In this document: one piece after another, positions 46,397-55,360 of the stretch | How the letters are laid out: the number at the start of each line of letters is the position of its first letter | Numbering within the stretch: position 1 is the first letter of the stretch | Assembly (NCBI GenBank): GCA_965198105.1 | Contig: OZ240240.1 | Location: 2,656,650 to 2,720,649, forward strand | Origin: Dehalococcoidia bacterium | GTDB lineage: Bacteria > Chloroflexota > Dehalococcoidia > Lucifugimonadales > CBDBON01 | Reading direction: 5' to 3' | Length of the DNA stretch: 64,000 nucleotides | Notes under the pieces: model-generated | Databases searched by the model: none | What the model was told of the DNA's origin: nothing | Seen by the model: only the letters and a program-made list of their open reading frames with translations | Made by a program: the position numbers and the translations under genes

Positions 46397-47260
46397 CTAC
46401 GCACGCCGGACCCGCACCTCCACGTCGAGTCTGGACTCCCCTCCCCCCACGAAGACGCCGCGGGTGGGGGCAACGTCCTGATAGTCGCGGCCAACCGCAA
46501 CCCGCACGTGCCGCTCGGCGGCCAGGCAGCTGTTGGTAGGATCGATCCCGATCCAGCCAAGCTCCGGCAGGCGGCACTCCACCCACGCGTGGGTGGCGGT
46601 CTGCGGCGGACCATCGCCGTCACAACTGTCCGTGTACAGGTAGCCTGAGACGTAACGGGCCGGGACGCCCCACGAGCGGGCGATGGCGATCATGACATGG
46701 ACGTAGTCCTGGCATACTCCCTGTCCGGACTCCAGGATGTGCTCGATGGGAGAGACCGCCGAGGTGCTGCCCGGGACGTATTCGAAGCTGCGGTTGAGGG
46801 TGTCCGAGAGCAACAGCAGCGTCTCCAGTGGATCGTCTTCCACCTCAATGCCCGACTCGTCTACGAAGGCTGTGAGGGCGGGCGATGGGCGGGCGAAGAG
46901 GCTGGGATGGGTGAATTCCCAGTAGGTGAAGGCGTCGCTCCACGACCGGATCCTCTCCCACGCATCTGCGCCCATAGGGCCGGGCGGCGAGCCGGGCGGC
47001 GTCCGTTCCACCACGGAGCGTGCGACGATCTCCAAGGCTCGGTGCTCCCGGTGGATGTTCATAATCTGCTTGGTGTTGCCAAAGATATCGGTCTCGCTGT
47101 TCAGAGGCGCCGGAGGGGAGGTCGCGATCCCGAAGCTCAGCAGCCGTTGCCCGGCGTCGTCGCGGGGCTTCAGACAGAGGGACAGCACACCGTGCCGGAC
47201 CGGGGTTGTGTACAGATACCTAGAGATATGCTCGATCTCGTAGAGCGCCGGCGCGCCCAT
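46397..47260 (-). CDS. transglutaminase family protein
   Basis: Y.IEH...Y.Y, GVCQDYVH, ARYVSGY, HAWVE and GRDYQDV motifs. Confidence 0.93.
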   Translation of the reverse strand: MGAPALYEIEHISRYLYTTPVRHGVLSLCLKPRDDAGQRLLSFGIATSPPAPLNSETDIFGNTKQIMNIHREHRALEIVARSVVERTPPGSPPGPMGADAWERIRSWSDAFTYWEFTHPSLFARPSPALTAFVDESGIEVEDDPLETLLLLSDTLNRSFEYVPGSTSAVSPIEHILESGQGVCQDYVHVMIAIARSWGVPARYVSGYLYTDSCDGDGPPQTATHAWVECRLPELGWIGIDPTNSCLAAERHVRVAVGRDYQDVAPTRGVFVGGGESRLDVEVRVRRA

Positions 47261-47264
47261 CGGA

Positions 47265-48233
47265 CTAGCGCCCAGGGAAGTCTTCTACGGGATAGTCGAA
47301 GTAGGCTGCCGCTATCAGGTGGTCCAACTCCCGGCTGTACTCCCTCACCTGGCGTAGCAGCTCCCGGCGGTCTTCGCTGTCGGGCCAGTCGTAGTGAATC
47401 AGTGCCGCCATACGGCCGGCCAGTCGCTTGGCCGCTCCGCTGGACCTGGCATCCGGACCGGGGCCTATGGAGTCGAGATCCGATACGGTCCTGTCCAGAG
47501 ACCTGCACAGGGAATCCGGCAGCAGGGGGTCGGTGGCGAGCAGACTAAGGACCTGGGTTGGCTGCACCTCGACACTGTAGGTGCGGTTATATACCTCGAC
47601 CGCGTGGTAGACACGGAGCAGGCTCGTCCAGTCCGCCTCGGAGTACTCCTCCGTCTGCTCGTCGGCGTCGAGGTGAGACAGGAACAGCGAGGCGGCAAGC
47701 TGGGCGCGCTCGATGACGCGGCCAAGCTGCATGAAACGCCATCCCTCGTCGCGGTACATGGTGGCTCCGGCCACGCCGGCAAAGGCGTTCATCTCCGCAG
47801 CCATCTCGGCGTAGAAGTCCTCCGGCGAGGCCAGCCAGATGTTCTGGATGCTCAGCTTCTGGAATCTGAGGTAGGCCAGATTGAGGCTGATCCACAGCTC
47901 GCCGCTGATGCAGTGGCGCATCTGGCGTCCGTTCTCCCGCCCCATCGCGAAGCAGCTGGATATCGAGTCGGGGTTGTTCCTCTCGAAGGTCATATCATCG
48001 GCGAGCGTATAGGAGTCGGCGAGCGTGTACTCGTCGCTGCCCATCGGTTCGAGACTGCCTCCGGGGGGCTCCCGGTTCATGCCGTTGTAGATCCGCGTCC
48101 ATCCGAAGTGGATCTCCCGGATCGGGCGGTCGACCAGCGCCTCCGTCTGCAACCTCAGGAGCCGGCAGAGGAACTCCGTCCGCTCCAGGTAACGGCCCAT
48201 CCAGTAGAGGCCCTGCGCACTTCGAGACAGCAT
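47265..48233 (-). CDS. alpha-E domain protein (DUF403)
   Basis: MLSRSAQGLYWMGRYLER, RENGR and LGRVIERA (ER repeats). Confidence 0.92.
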   Translation of the reverse strand: MLSRSAQGLYWMGRYLERTEFLCRLLRLQTEALVDRPIREIHFGWTRIYNGMNREPPGGSLEPMGSDEYTLADSYTLADDMTFERNNPDSISSCFAMGRENGRQMRHCISGELWISLNLAYLRFQKLSIQNIWLASPEDFYAEMAAEMNAFAGVAGATMYRDEGWRFMQLGRVIERAQLAASLFLSHLDADEQTEEYSEADWTSLLRVYHAVEVYNRTYSVEVQPTQVLSLLATDPLLPDSLCRSLDRTVSDLDSIGPGPDARSSGAAKRLAGRMAALIHYDWPDSEDRRELLRQVREYSRELDHLIAAAYFDYPVEDFPGR

Positions 48234-48237
48234 CAGA

Positions 48238-49671
48238 TCAGTCTTCCAGCACCCAGATGTCCTTACCCCCGCCGCCCTGACTGGAGTTTACGACGAGGCT
48301 CCCTCGACGCAAGGCGACGCGACAAAACGCACCTGGCACCATGCGAGTCTCACGACCGTGTAGTACGAAGGGCCGCAGGTCGACGTGCCGCGGCTCGAAG
48401 CTGCCCTCGATGAGGCAAGGCGACCTGGACAGCGCAAGGACCGGCTGTGAGATGAAGTCGGCTGGATCGGCGCGCAGCTCTACGGCATACTCCGCCCGCT
48501 CTTGCGGCGTCGCGTGGGGACCTATCAGCATCCCGTAGCCTCCCGATTCGCCGACCCGCTTCACCACCAGGTTCTCCAGATTGTCCAGCGTGTACTCGAG
48601 GTCTTCGGGGCGGCGGCAGAGATAGGTCTCCACGTTGGCGAGGACCGGCTCTTCGGACAGGTAGTAACGGATCATGTCGGGTACGTAGGCGTATACGCTC
48701 TTGTCGTCGGCGACCCCCGTGCCCGGCGCGTTCACCAGGGCCACGTTGCCCAGCTTGTAGGCGTGCATAAGTCCCGGCACTCCGAGGAGGGAGTCCGGGC
48801 GGAAGACGAGCGGATCGAGGAAGTCGTCATCCACGCGGCGGTAGATCACGTCCACGCGGCGCAGTCCGGTGGTGGTGCGCATGTAGACGAAACCGTCGTT
48901 CACCAGCAGGTCCCGGCCCTCCACCAGCTCCGCGCCAAGCTCGCGGGCCAGGAACATATGCTCGTAGAACGCAGAGTTGTAGACGCCGGGCGTCAGCAGT
49001 GCGATGCAGGGCTCGGACCTCCCCCTGGGCGCAAGCTCGAGAAGCGTGTCCAGCAGCAGGCGGCCGTAGTGCTCCACCTCCTGGACACGGGAGCTTCTGT
49101 AGAGGCGCCGCATGCTGGCCTTGACGGCCTTCCTGTTCGCGATCATGTAGGAGACGCCGGACGGAACGCGCAGGTTGTCTTCCAGCACCCTAAAGCCGTC
49201 GTTGGTTCGCACCAGATCGGTGCCGCAGATACCAACCCAAGTCCCTAGCGGGGGAGAGAAGCCCCGCATCTCGATCCGGTACTGTGGGCACTCGCGGACC
49301 ACGTCTACGGGGATTACCCCGTCTTCGATGATGCGGGCGTCGCCGTAGACGTCTTCCAAGAAGAGGTTCAGAGCCTTGATACGCTGGGCCAGACCCGTCT
49401 CCAGGTGTCTCCAATCGGCTGCCGACAGCACACGCGGCAGGCAGTCTATGGGGATGATCCGCTCCTCACCCTCCTCGTCTCCATAGACGGTGAATGAGAT
49501 ACCTTCGGTCGAGAAGGACCGGCTGACACGCTCCTGTATGCTGGCCAGCTCCTCGGCCGAGAGCTGGCACAGGGTCTCATGAAGCTGACGACACTGCTCC
49601 CTAGGCGTTCCATCCGCCAAGAACATCTCGTCATAGATGGACGGGTCAAGATTGTAGATATCGAATTCCAC
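48238..49671 (-). CDS. circularly permuted type 2 ATP-grasp protein
   Basis: EDNLRVPSGVSY, YRRVDDDFLDP, NAPGTGVADDK, GGYGM and VVNSSQGGG.KD motifs. Confidence 0.95.
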   Translation of the reverse strand: MEFDIYNLDPSIYDEMFLADGTPREQCRQLHETLCQLSAEELASIQERVSRSFSTEGISFTVYGDEEGEERIIPIDCLPRVLSAADWRHLETGLAQRIKALNLFLEDVYGDARIIEDGVIPVDVVRECPQYRIEMRGFSPPLGTWVGICGTDLVRTNDGFRVLEDNLRVPSGVSYMIANRKAVKASMRRLYRSSRVQEVEHYGRLLLDTLLELAPRGRSEPCIALLTPGVYNSAFYEHMFLARELGAELVEGRDLLVNDGFVYMRTTTGLRRVDVIYRRVDDDFLDPLVFRPDSLLGVPGLMHAYKLGNVALVNAPGTGVADDKSVYAYVPDMIRYYLSEEPVLANVETYLCRRPEDLEYTLDNLENLVVKRVGESGGYGMLIGPHATPQERAEYAVELRADPADFISQPVLALSRSPCLIEGSFEPRHVDLRPFVLHGRETRMVPGAFCRVALRRGSLVVNSSQGGGGKDIWVLED

Positions 49672-49910
49672 GGCAATGACCGTATCATAAGATGGCGCAT
49701 CCTATCCACACCGCACCGCCAGTGTCGAAACCCCGTATCGGCTGCGGCGTCGGGCTGCCATATCATTCCATTGCTGATAGACTGTCGGCAAAACGACCTC
49801 ATGCTGGTAGACTGCGCGCACAGAACAGCCACGCGAGGCCGACCGGCGAAACGACCGTCAGCTCGGCCCGCAACGTGATTGCTCGTAACATCACTAAGGG
49901 GACAGACGAG

Positions 49911-50249
49911 ATGGAAATCAGCACCGAGAGGAAAGGGAGTGTACTGGTCGCGACGACCGAGGAGCGCATCGACGGCGTCAACGCCCGCGCGTTCCAGGAC
50001 GCTCTACAGGCGGCGATCGAAGATACGGATCGCGCCGTGATCATCGATCTGAGTCAGCTCACGTACATCAGCAGCGCCGGTCTTCGAGTGATTCTGCTGA
50101 TTGCCAGGACGCTGCAGAGACAGGACGGCAACCTGGCGGTCTGCTCCCTCTCCGACCCGGTCCTGGAGGTCTTTCAGATTAGCGGCTTCGATCAGATCAT
50201 TAAGACCTACGGTACTCAAGAAGAGGCGGTCTCCGCGCTTACAAGCTGA
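49911..50249 (+). CDS. STAS domain anti-sigma-factor antagonist
   Basis: IDLSQLTYISSAGLRVIL and VFQISGF motifs. Confidence 0.92.
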   Translation: MEISTERKGSVLVATTEERIDGVNARAFQDALQAAIEDTDRAVIIDLSQLTYISSAGLRVILLIARTLQRQDGNLAVCSLSDPVLEVFQISGFDQIIKTYGTQEEAVSALTS

Positions 50250-50251
50250 TC

Positions 50252-51625
50252 ATGCAGAGTGTTGGCCGAGCTGGCCGCTCTGAAGGCGGTCGTGACACGC
50301 TTCAGGAAGTGATGCTATCAACAGACGAGAGCCTGGCGGCAGATGGGGTGGGCCTCTCCCTGCGTTGGGTCCCGTCGGTCGTGTCTGGGGGCCTCCGTGG
50401 AGTCGCTGCCATCGCCATAGCCGTCGTACTGGCTGCGGCGGGCGCCTGCGCAAACGGCGATGACGGGGACGGTCCCGTCATCGCCCCAACGCCGACATCG
50501 ACCCCCGGTGACTCGTCAGGGACGCCAGGCGTCTCCGACGATCGCGTCCTATTCGGCCAGTCGGCCGCCTTCAGCGGCCCCGCCCAGGAGCTGGGGAGGA
50601 ACATGCGTCTCGGCATCGAGACGGCCTTCCACGAAGCGAACCAGCGCGGAGGCGTCCACGGCCGACTGCTGGAGCTGACGTCCCGGGATGACGCCTACGA
50701 GCCGGAGGCCGCCGTCTCCAACACCCTCGAACTGATCGGACGGGATGTATTTGCGTTGATCGGCGCGGTGGGCACGCCGACATCGCGGTCCGCCACGCCC
50801 GTGGCAAAGGAGGCGGACGTTCCCTACATCGCCCCGTTCACCGGCGCAGAGTTTCTGAGAGGGCAGGATCTGCACGATGTCGTGCTCAACATGCGTGCCT
50901 CCTACTATCAGGAGACGGAGGAGATGGTCGACCGCCTCACCGAGGACCTTGGCATCGAGCGCATCGCCGTCATGTACCAGGACGATTCCTACGGCCGGGC
51001 CGGTTACAACGGGGCGCTTCTAGCCCTCGGCCGGCGCGGCATGGAGCCGGTTGCGGTCGGGATCTATCCGCGCAACACGACCTCAGTGAAGACGGCGCTA
51101 CTCGATCTGCGCCAGGGGAGTCCCGAGGCCGTGATCATGATCGGCGCCTACCAGCCGGTGGCGGCTCTCGTCTCGTGGGCGCGGCACACGGGTTTGGACC
51201 CGATCTTCATGACCGTCTCCTTCGTGGGCAGCAACGCGTTGGCGGAGGAGCTGGGGCCGGCGGGCGCCGGAGTATACGTCACCCAGGTGGTGCCGTTTCC
51301 GACCGACGACACGCTCCCGGTCGTCGCCTCCTATCTGAGCGCCCTGTCGGCCTATGCGCCGGACGCCGTTCCCGGCTTCGTCTCCTTCGAAGGCTACCTG
51401 GCCGGTCGGCTCACCATAGCGGCCCTCGATGGCTGCGGCCGCGAGCTCGACCGGGCCTGCTTCTTCGAGAGCCTGCGCCGCGCCGACGTCATCGACATCG
51501 ACGGCTTCCAGCTTCGTTACGACGGTAACGCCGACAACCAGGGCTCTGACGAGGTCTTCCTGACCGTCATCGGAAAGGACGGCCTCTACCATCCCGTCGA
51601 TACTCTGCGGAGCGAGGAGCAGTGA
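50252..51625 (+). CDS. periplasmic binding protein (LivJ/Peripla_BP_6-like) lipoprotein; start uncertain
   Basis: Lipobox AGAC; FGQSAAFSGPA, GGVHGR, DDAYEP, GAVGTPT, NMRASY and SFEGY motifs. Confidence 0.85.
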   Translation: MQSVGRAGRSEGGRDTLQEVMLSTDESLAADGVGLSLRWVPSVVSGGLRGVAAIAIAVVLAAAGACANGDDGDGPVIAPTPTSTPGDSSGTPGVSDDRVLFGQSAAFSGPAQELGRNMRLGIETAFHEANQRGGVHGRLLELTSRDDAYEPEAAVSNTLELIGRDVFALIGAVGTPTSRSATPVAKEADVPYIAPFTGAEFLRGQDLHDVVLNMRASYYQETEEMVDRLTEDLGIERIAVMYQDDSYGRAGYNGALLALGRRGMEPVAVGIYPRNTTSVKTALLDLRQGSPEAVIMIGAYQPVAALVSWARHTGLDPIFMTVSFVGSNALAEELGPAGAGVYVTQVVPFPTDDTLPVVASYLSALSAYAPDAVPGFVSFEGYLAGRLTIAALDGCGRELDRACFFESLRRADVIDIDGFQLRYDGNADNQGSDEVFLTVIGKDGLYHPVDTLRSEEQ

Positions 51626-53754
51626 GAGACAGGCTCAAGCGTCTGCTTGAGAGCCGGTTCCGTATCTCCACCCAGCTCTATCTGGGGATCGGAGGCGCGG
51701 TGGCTCTGACTGCGGCCGCCAGCCTGGTCGGGTGGTTCTCGTTCACCCAGGTGGGCGACGCCCAGAACCGCGTGAACGAGGGCAGCGTTCCCGAACTGGA
51801 GGCCGCCTTCGGGATCGCCGAGTATAGCAGCACGCTGGTGGCCGCCGCGCCGAGCCTTACGGCCGCCACGACTATCCCTGAGTTCGACAGTGTCTCAGAC
51901 GAGATCGCAGCCGGCCAGTCAGCCTTCGAAGAGCAGATGGCTCTGCTGGAGGGCAGGGGCGCAGACGATGAACGCTTCAAGCGCATCCGCGGACACGCGG
52001 ACATGCTGGTCTCGAACATCGACGCCATCAAGAGCGACAGGTCAGAGCTCTTCAGACTCAACTCGCGCAGCCAGACGCTGCGGACGGAGCTCGAGGAGCT
52101 GCGGAATCGTCTGGACAGGGCCGTGATCCTGGCGATCGACGACCAGCTCTTCTATACGATGACGGGCTATCGCGACATCGGAGAGTCTCCCAAACCCAGG
52201 TCGGAGCATCTCTCAGAGGTGGAGGTGAGCCGCTACCGGCGACTGGCTGAGCTGCAGACGGACGCCAACATCGCGACGCAGCTGATGGCGAGCGCCTTCA
52301 TAGTTCCCAACGCCTCTCTGGTGGAGCCGCTTCAAGAGCGTTTCGAGGCGGCCTTCGGTCGCATCGACCGGAATCTGACGGCTCTCGAAGGCACTCCGAT
52401 CCACACCGCCCTCGCACCGGTCTTCGCACAGCTGTCCGAGCTGGGACTCGCCGAGGGCAGCGGCTTCGACCTGGTGGAACGGGAGCTCATGCTAACCGAG
52501 CGTCAGCAGGACCTGCTGACGTTCAATCGCGATATCGCCATCGACCTCGTGGGAGAGGTGGACGGCCTGGTCAGCGCGGCCAACGCGAGCGTTAGTGAAG
52601 CGACGCAGGCGTCCGCACAGGCGATCCTGCTGGGACGTATCCTGCTAGCGGTCATCGGCTCGCTCAGCGTCGGCGGCGGCCTACTCATCGCCTGGATCTA
52701 CGTCGGGCGGGTGCTGCTCAATCGCCTTCAGCGTCTGTCGGACAGGATGCGCCAGATGGCTGGGGGCGACCTGGAGGCTCAGATCGAGATCGCCGGCCGG
52801 GATGAGGTCGCCGATATGGCGGCGGCCCTCGAGGTGTTCCGGCGCCACGCCCTGGAGGTCCAGCGCCTCAACCTCGTGGAGAAGCTGGCGGAAGAGCTCC
52901 AAGATAAGAACGAGCAGCTCGAGAGCGTCCTGGCGGACCTGCAGAAGGCACAGGATCAGATCGTAATGCGGGAGAAGCTTGCGGCGCTTGGCGAGCTTAC
53001 CGCCGGCGTCGCCCACGAGATAAGGAACCCGTTGAATTTCGTCAAGAACTTCTCCGAGGGATCGGTGGACCTGCTCGACGAGCTCAAGGAGATCATGGAG
53101 GAGACGAAGGAGAAGCCGGGTGAGGACCAGGACGGGCTCATCGAAGAGATATTGACGGACATATCGGATAATCTGACTCGTATCCGGTCGCACGGCGACC
53201 GCGCCGACCGGATCGTTCACGACATGCTGATGATGGGCCGCGACTCGGGAGATATCCAAGTCACCGACATCAACAGGCTAGTCGACGAGCATGCCCGTCT
53301 GGCCTACCACAGCGCCCGGGCGACCGATCCGAACTTCCAACTTGATCTCAAGCAGGACTTCGATCCGGCCGTGGGCGAGATGGAGGTCGTTCCGCAAGAT
53401 CTGGGCCGCGTGTTCCTGAATATGGTCGGCAACGCCTGCGACGCAACGGACGAGAAGCGCCGCGCCGACAGCGACGCGTCCTATATGCCCACCCTGTGGC
53501 TTATCACGCGGCGAGTGGACGACCACGTCGAGGTCCGCATCAGAGACAACGGGAACGGCATCCCTCCCGAAATCGCCGACAGGATATTCAACCCCTTCTT
53601 TACCACGAAGCCGACGGACAAGGGCACGGGGCTGGGACTCGCGATATCGAGCGACATCGTGCGCCAGCACGGCGGCACCATCAAGGTGGAGTCGGATCCC
53701 GGCGAGTTCACCGAGATGATCGTCCAGATTCCCTCGGCAGGCCGCCCGGCCTAG
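51622..53754 (+). CDS. membrane sensor histidine kinase (helical extracytoplasmic domain, HAMP, HisKA, HATPase)
   Basis: Two TM segments, GRDEVADMA (HAMP), AGVAHEIRNPLNF (H-box), NACDA, DNGNG, FFTTK and GTGLGL. Confidence 0.93.
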   Translation: MRDRLKRLLESRFRISTQLYLGIGGAVALTAAASLVGWFSFTQVGDAQNRVNEGSVPELEAAFGIAEYSSTLVAAAPSLTAATTIPEFDSVSDEIAAGQSAFEEQMALLEGRGADDERFKRIRGHADMLVSNIDAIKSDRSELFRLNSRSQTLRTELEELRNRLDRAVILAIDDQLFYTMTGYRDIGESPKPRSEHLSEVEVSRYRRLAELQTDANIATQLMASAFIVPNASLVEPLQERFEAAFGRIDRNLTALEGTPIHTALAPVFAQLSELGLAEGSGFDLVERELMLTERQQDLLTFNRDIAIDLVGEVDGLVSAANASVSEATQASAQAILLGRILLAVIGSLSVGGGLLIAWIYVGRVLLNRLQRLSDRMRQMAGGDLEAQIEIAGRDEVADMAAALEVFRRHALEVQRLNLVEKLAEELQDKNEQLESVLADLQKAQDQIVMREKLAALGELTAGVAHEIRNPLNFVKNFSEGSVDLLDELKEIMEETKEKPGEDQDGLIEEILTDISDNLTRIRSHGDRADRIVHDMLMMGRDSGDIQVTDINRLVDEHARLAYHSARATDPNFQLDLKQDFDPAVGEMEVVPQDLGRVFLNMVGNACDATDEKRRADSDASYMPTLWLITRRVDDHVEVRIRDNGNGIPPEIADRIFNPFFTTKPTDKGTGLGLAISSDIVRQHGGTIKVESDPGEFTEMIVQIPSAGRPA

Positions 53755-54479
53755 TCGGAATCTGACGCCGTCTCGTACCGGCCGATAAGCTCCTGCTGGT
53801 CTCCTCCCTCCTCTCGCGGCACCCTGGCAAGGGCTACGGTCTTGGGAAGCACGATGCCGCCCGAGAAGACCAGCTTCATCGCGTCCTGTACGGTGAGGTC
53901 GGTCTCCATCACCTCGTCCTCTACCACGAGGGCCATGTTCCCGGACGTCGGGTTGGGGACCGTCGGAATATATACGAGCACCAGCGACTGGGCGTGATCG
54001 GCGGAGAATACGCGTCCGGTCACGAAGCCCATCGCCGCCATCCCCTCGCGGGGCCACTCCAGGAAGACGACTCTGCTGAACTTGTACTCCGAAGTGAGCA
54101 CAGTCGTGGCCTGCTGCGTGACACCGAAGATCGTTCTGACGATAGGGACTACACCCAGAGCCGCGTCCTTGAACTCCATGACCCTCCGGCCGAATCCGGT
54201 GGCTAACACCAGTCCGGCAAGATAGAACACGACGACCAGGACGATCAGTCCGATCCCCGGAAAGTCCCAGGGTCTATCCTCGACGAACCCAAGCGATTTG
54301 ATGAAGCTGTCGGCGCGGTCGATGATGAACACGAGGACGATCATCGTTACGAGCAACGGCACCAGATCGATGAGCCCGGCCAGCGTCCTGCTCTGGATGT
54401 GCCGCTCAATCCTCCGCAGCAGGTTAGGCTGCGCACTCTCTTCCGTTCCGGGTTGAGGGGTACTCCCGTCGTTCGCCAA
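53751..54479 (-). CDS. DUF502 domain membrane protein
   Basis: PGIGL, PIVRTIF..TQQ, EWPREG and YIPTVPNPTSG motifs. Confidence 0.88.
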   Translation of the reverse strand: MANDGSTPQPGTEESAQPNLLRRIERHIQSRTLAGLIDLVPLLVTMIVLVFIIDRADSFIKSLGFVEDRPWDFPGIGLIVLVVVFYLAGLVLATGFGRRVMEFKDAALGVVPIVRTIFGVTQQATTVLTSEYKFSRVVFLEWPREGMAAMGFVTGRVFSADHAQSLVLVYIPTVPNPTSGNMALVVEDEVMETDLTVQDAMKLVFSGGIVLPKTVALARVPREEGGDQQELIGRYETASDSD

Positions 54480-54695
54480 TGGTCTACCTCGCCTTCCTTT
54501 CTGAACTGCCTCCGATCACTTGAGCGGTTTATGAACTCGGCATTAACCCCCAAAGGATAGTTCGCGCGGGATGGTGGGCGGAATTTGGATCAGTTGTCCG
54601 GCACCGGGATCGCATTCATGCGCTGCACCCCGAGCCTCTTCACCCACTAGTCGTCGTCATCTTCCCACTGGGTCTGCTCCACGACCCGCGACGGC

Positions 54696-55167
54696 CTATG
54701 CGTTGTCGTATCCGGTCCAGTCATGGTACTCGGAGTAGTCCTGACCATCCAGCCTGATGTAGTCACCTAGCTCTTCGAAATCGGGGCGCGAGATGCCGTT
54801 GACGTCCCACAGGATCTCTCCATTCCGGATCGTCATCTGGCAGTTAAGGCGCCGGTCGCCGCGCATTCTGGCTAACCCCGAATCTATGAAACCGAATTCA
54901 CCCTCCTCCAACTCCAGCACCGCGATGTCCGCCTGGGCACCGACGGAGAGATTGCCAAGCTCAGGACGTTTCATCCAGACCTGGAGTGACGTAGAGGCCC
55001 GCCACGTTCACACTCTGTGATGCCACGGTGGAGGGAATTTTACCCCCTATCTCGGCAATCATGCTGTTCCTGACTGCCACATCGGCGCGACCATCCAGAC
55101 GATTGGCAGGGTCGATCACGTGACCACCCTTGAGAAGTAGGTCATACCTATCGTTGGACGCGGTCAT
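54696..55167 (-). pseudogene. amidohydrolase/deacetylase (dihydroorotase-like) with the central catalytic region deleted
   Basis: N-terminal LLLKGGHVIDPAN..VTPGL joined out of frame to C-terminal ELGNLSVGAQADIAVL...GEILWD. Confidence 0.8.
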
Positions 55168-55360
55168 CTGATCTCCCCTCCTTATCTCTCAAGCTTAGGG
55201 CGTCCCTCGGCTATCCGATTAATGATCGTATGGTCGCTGTAGATGAGCCAACAGATTGAGGACAGCACAAGGACGTAAAGCTGTCGAATGGTCCTGACGA
55301 CTAGCACCAGATGGGAAGCAGACAACAGAACTCTACTGGATTGTGGGCAAAAACTATAGC

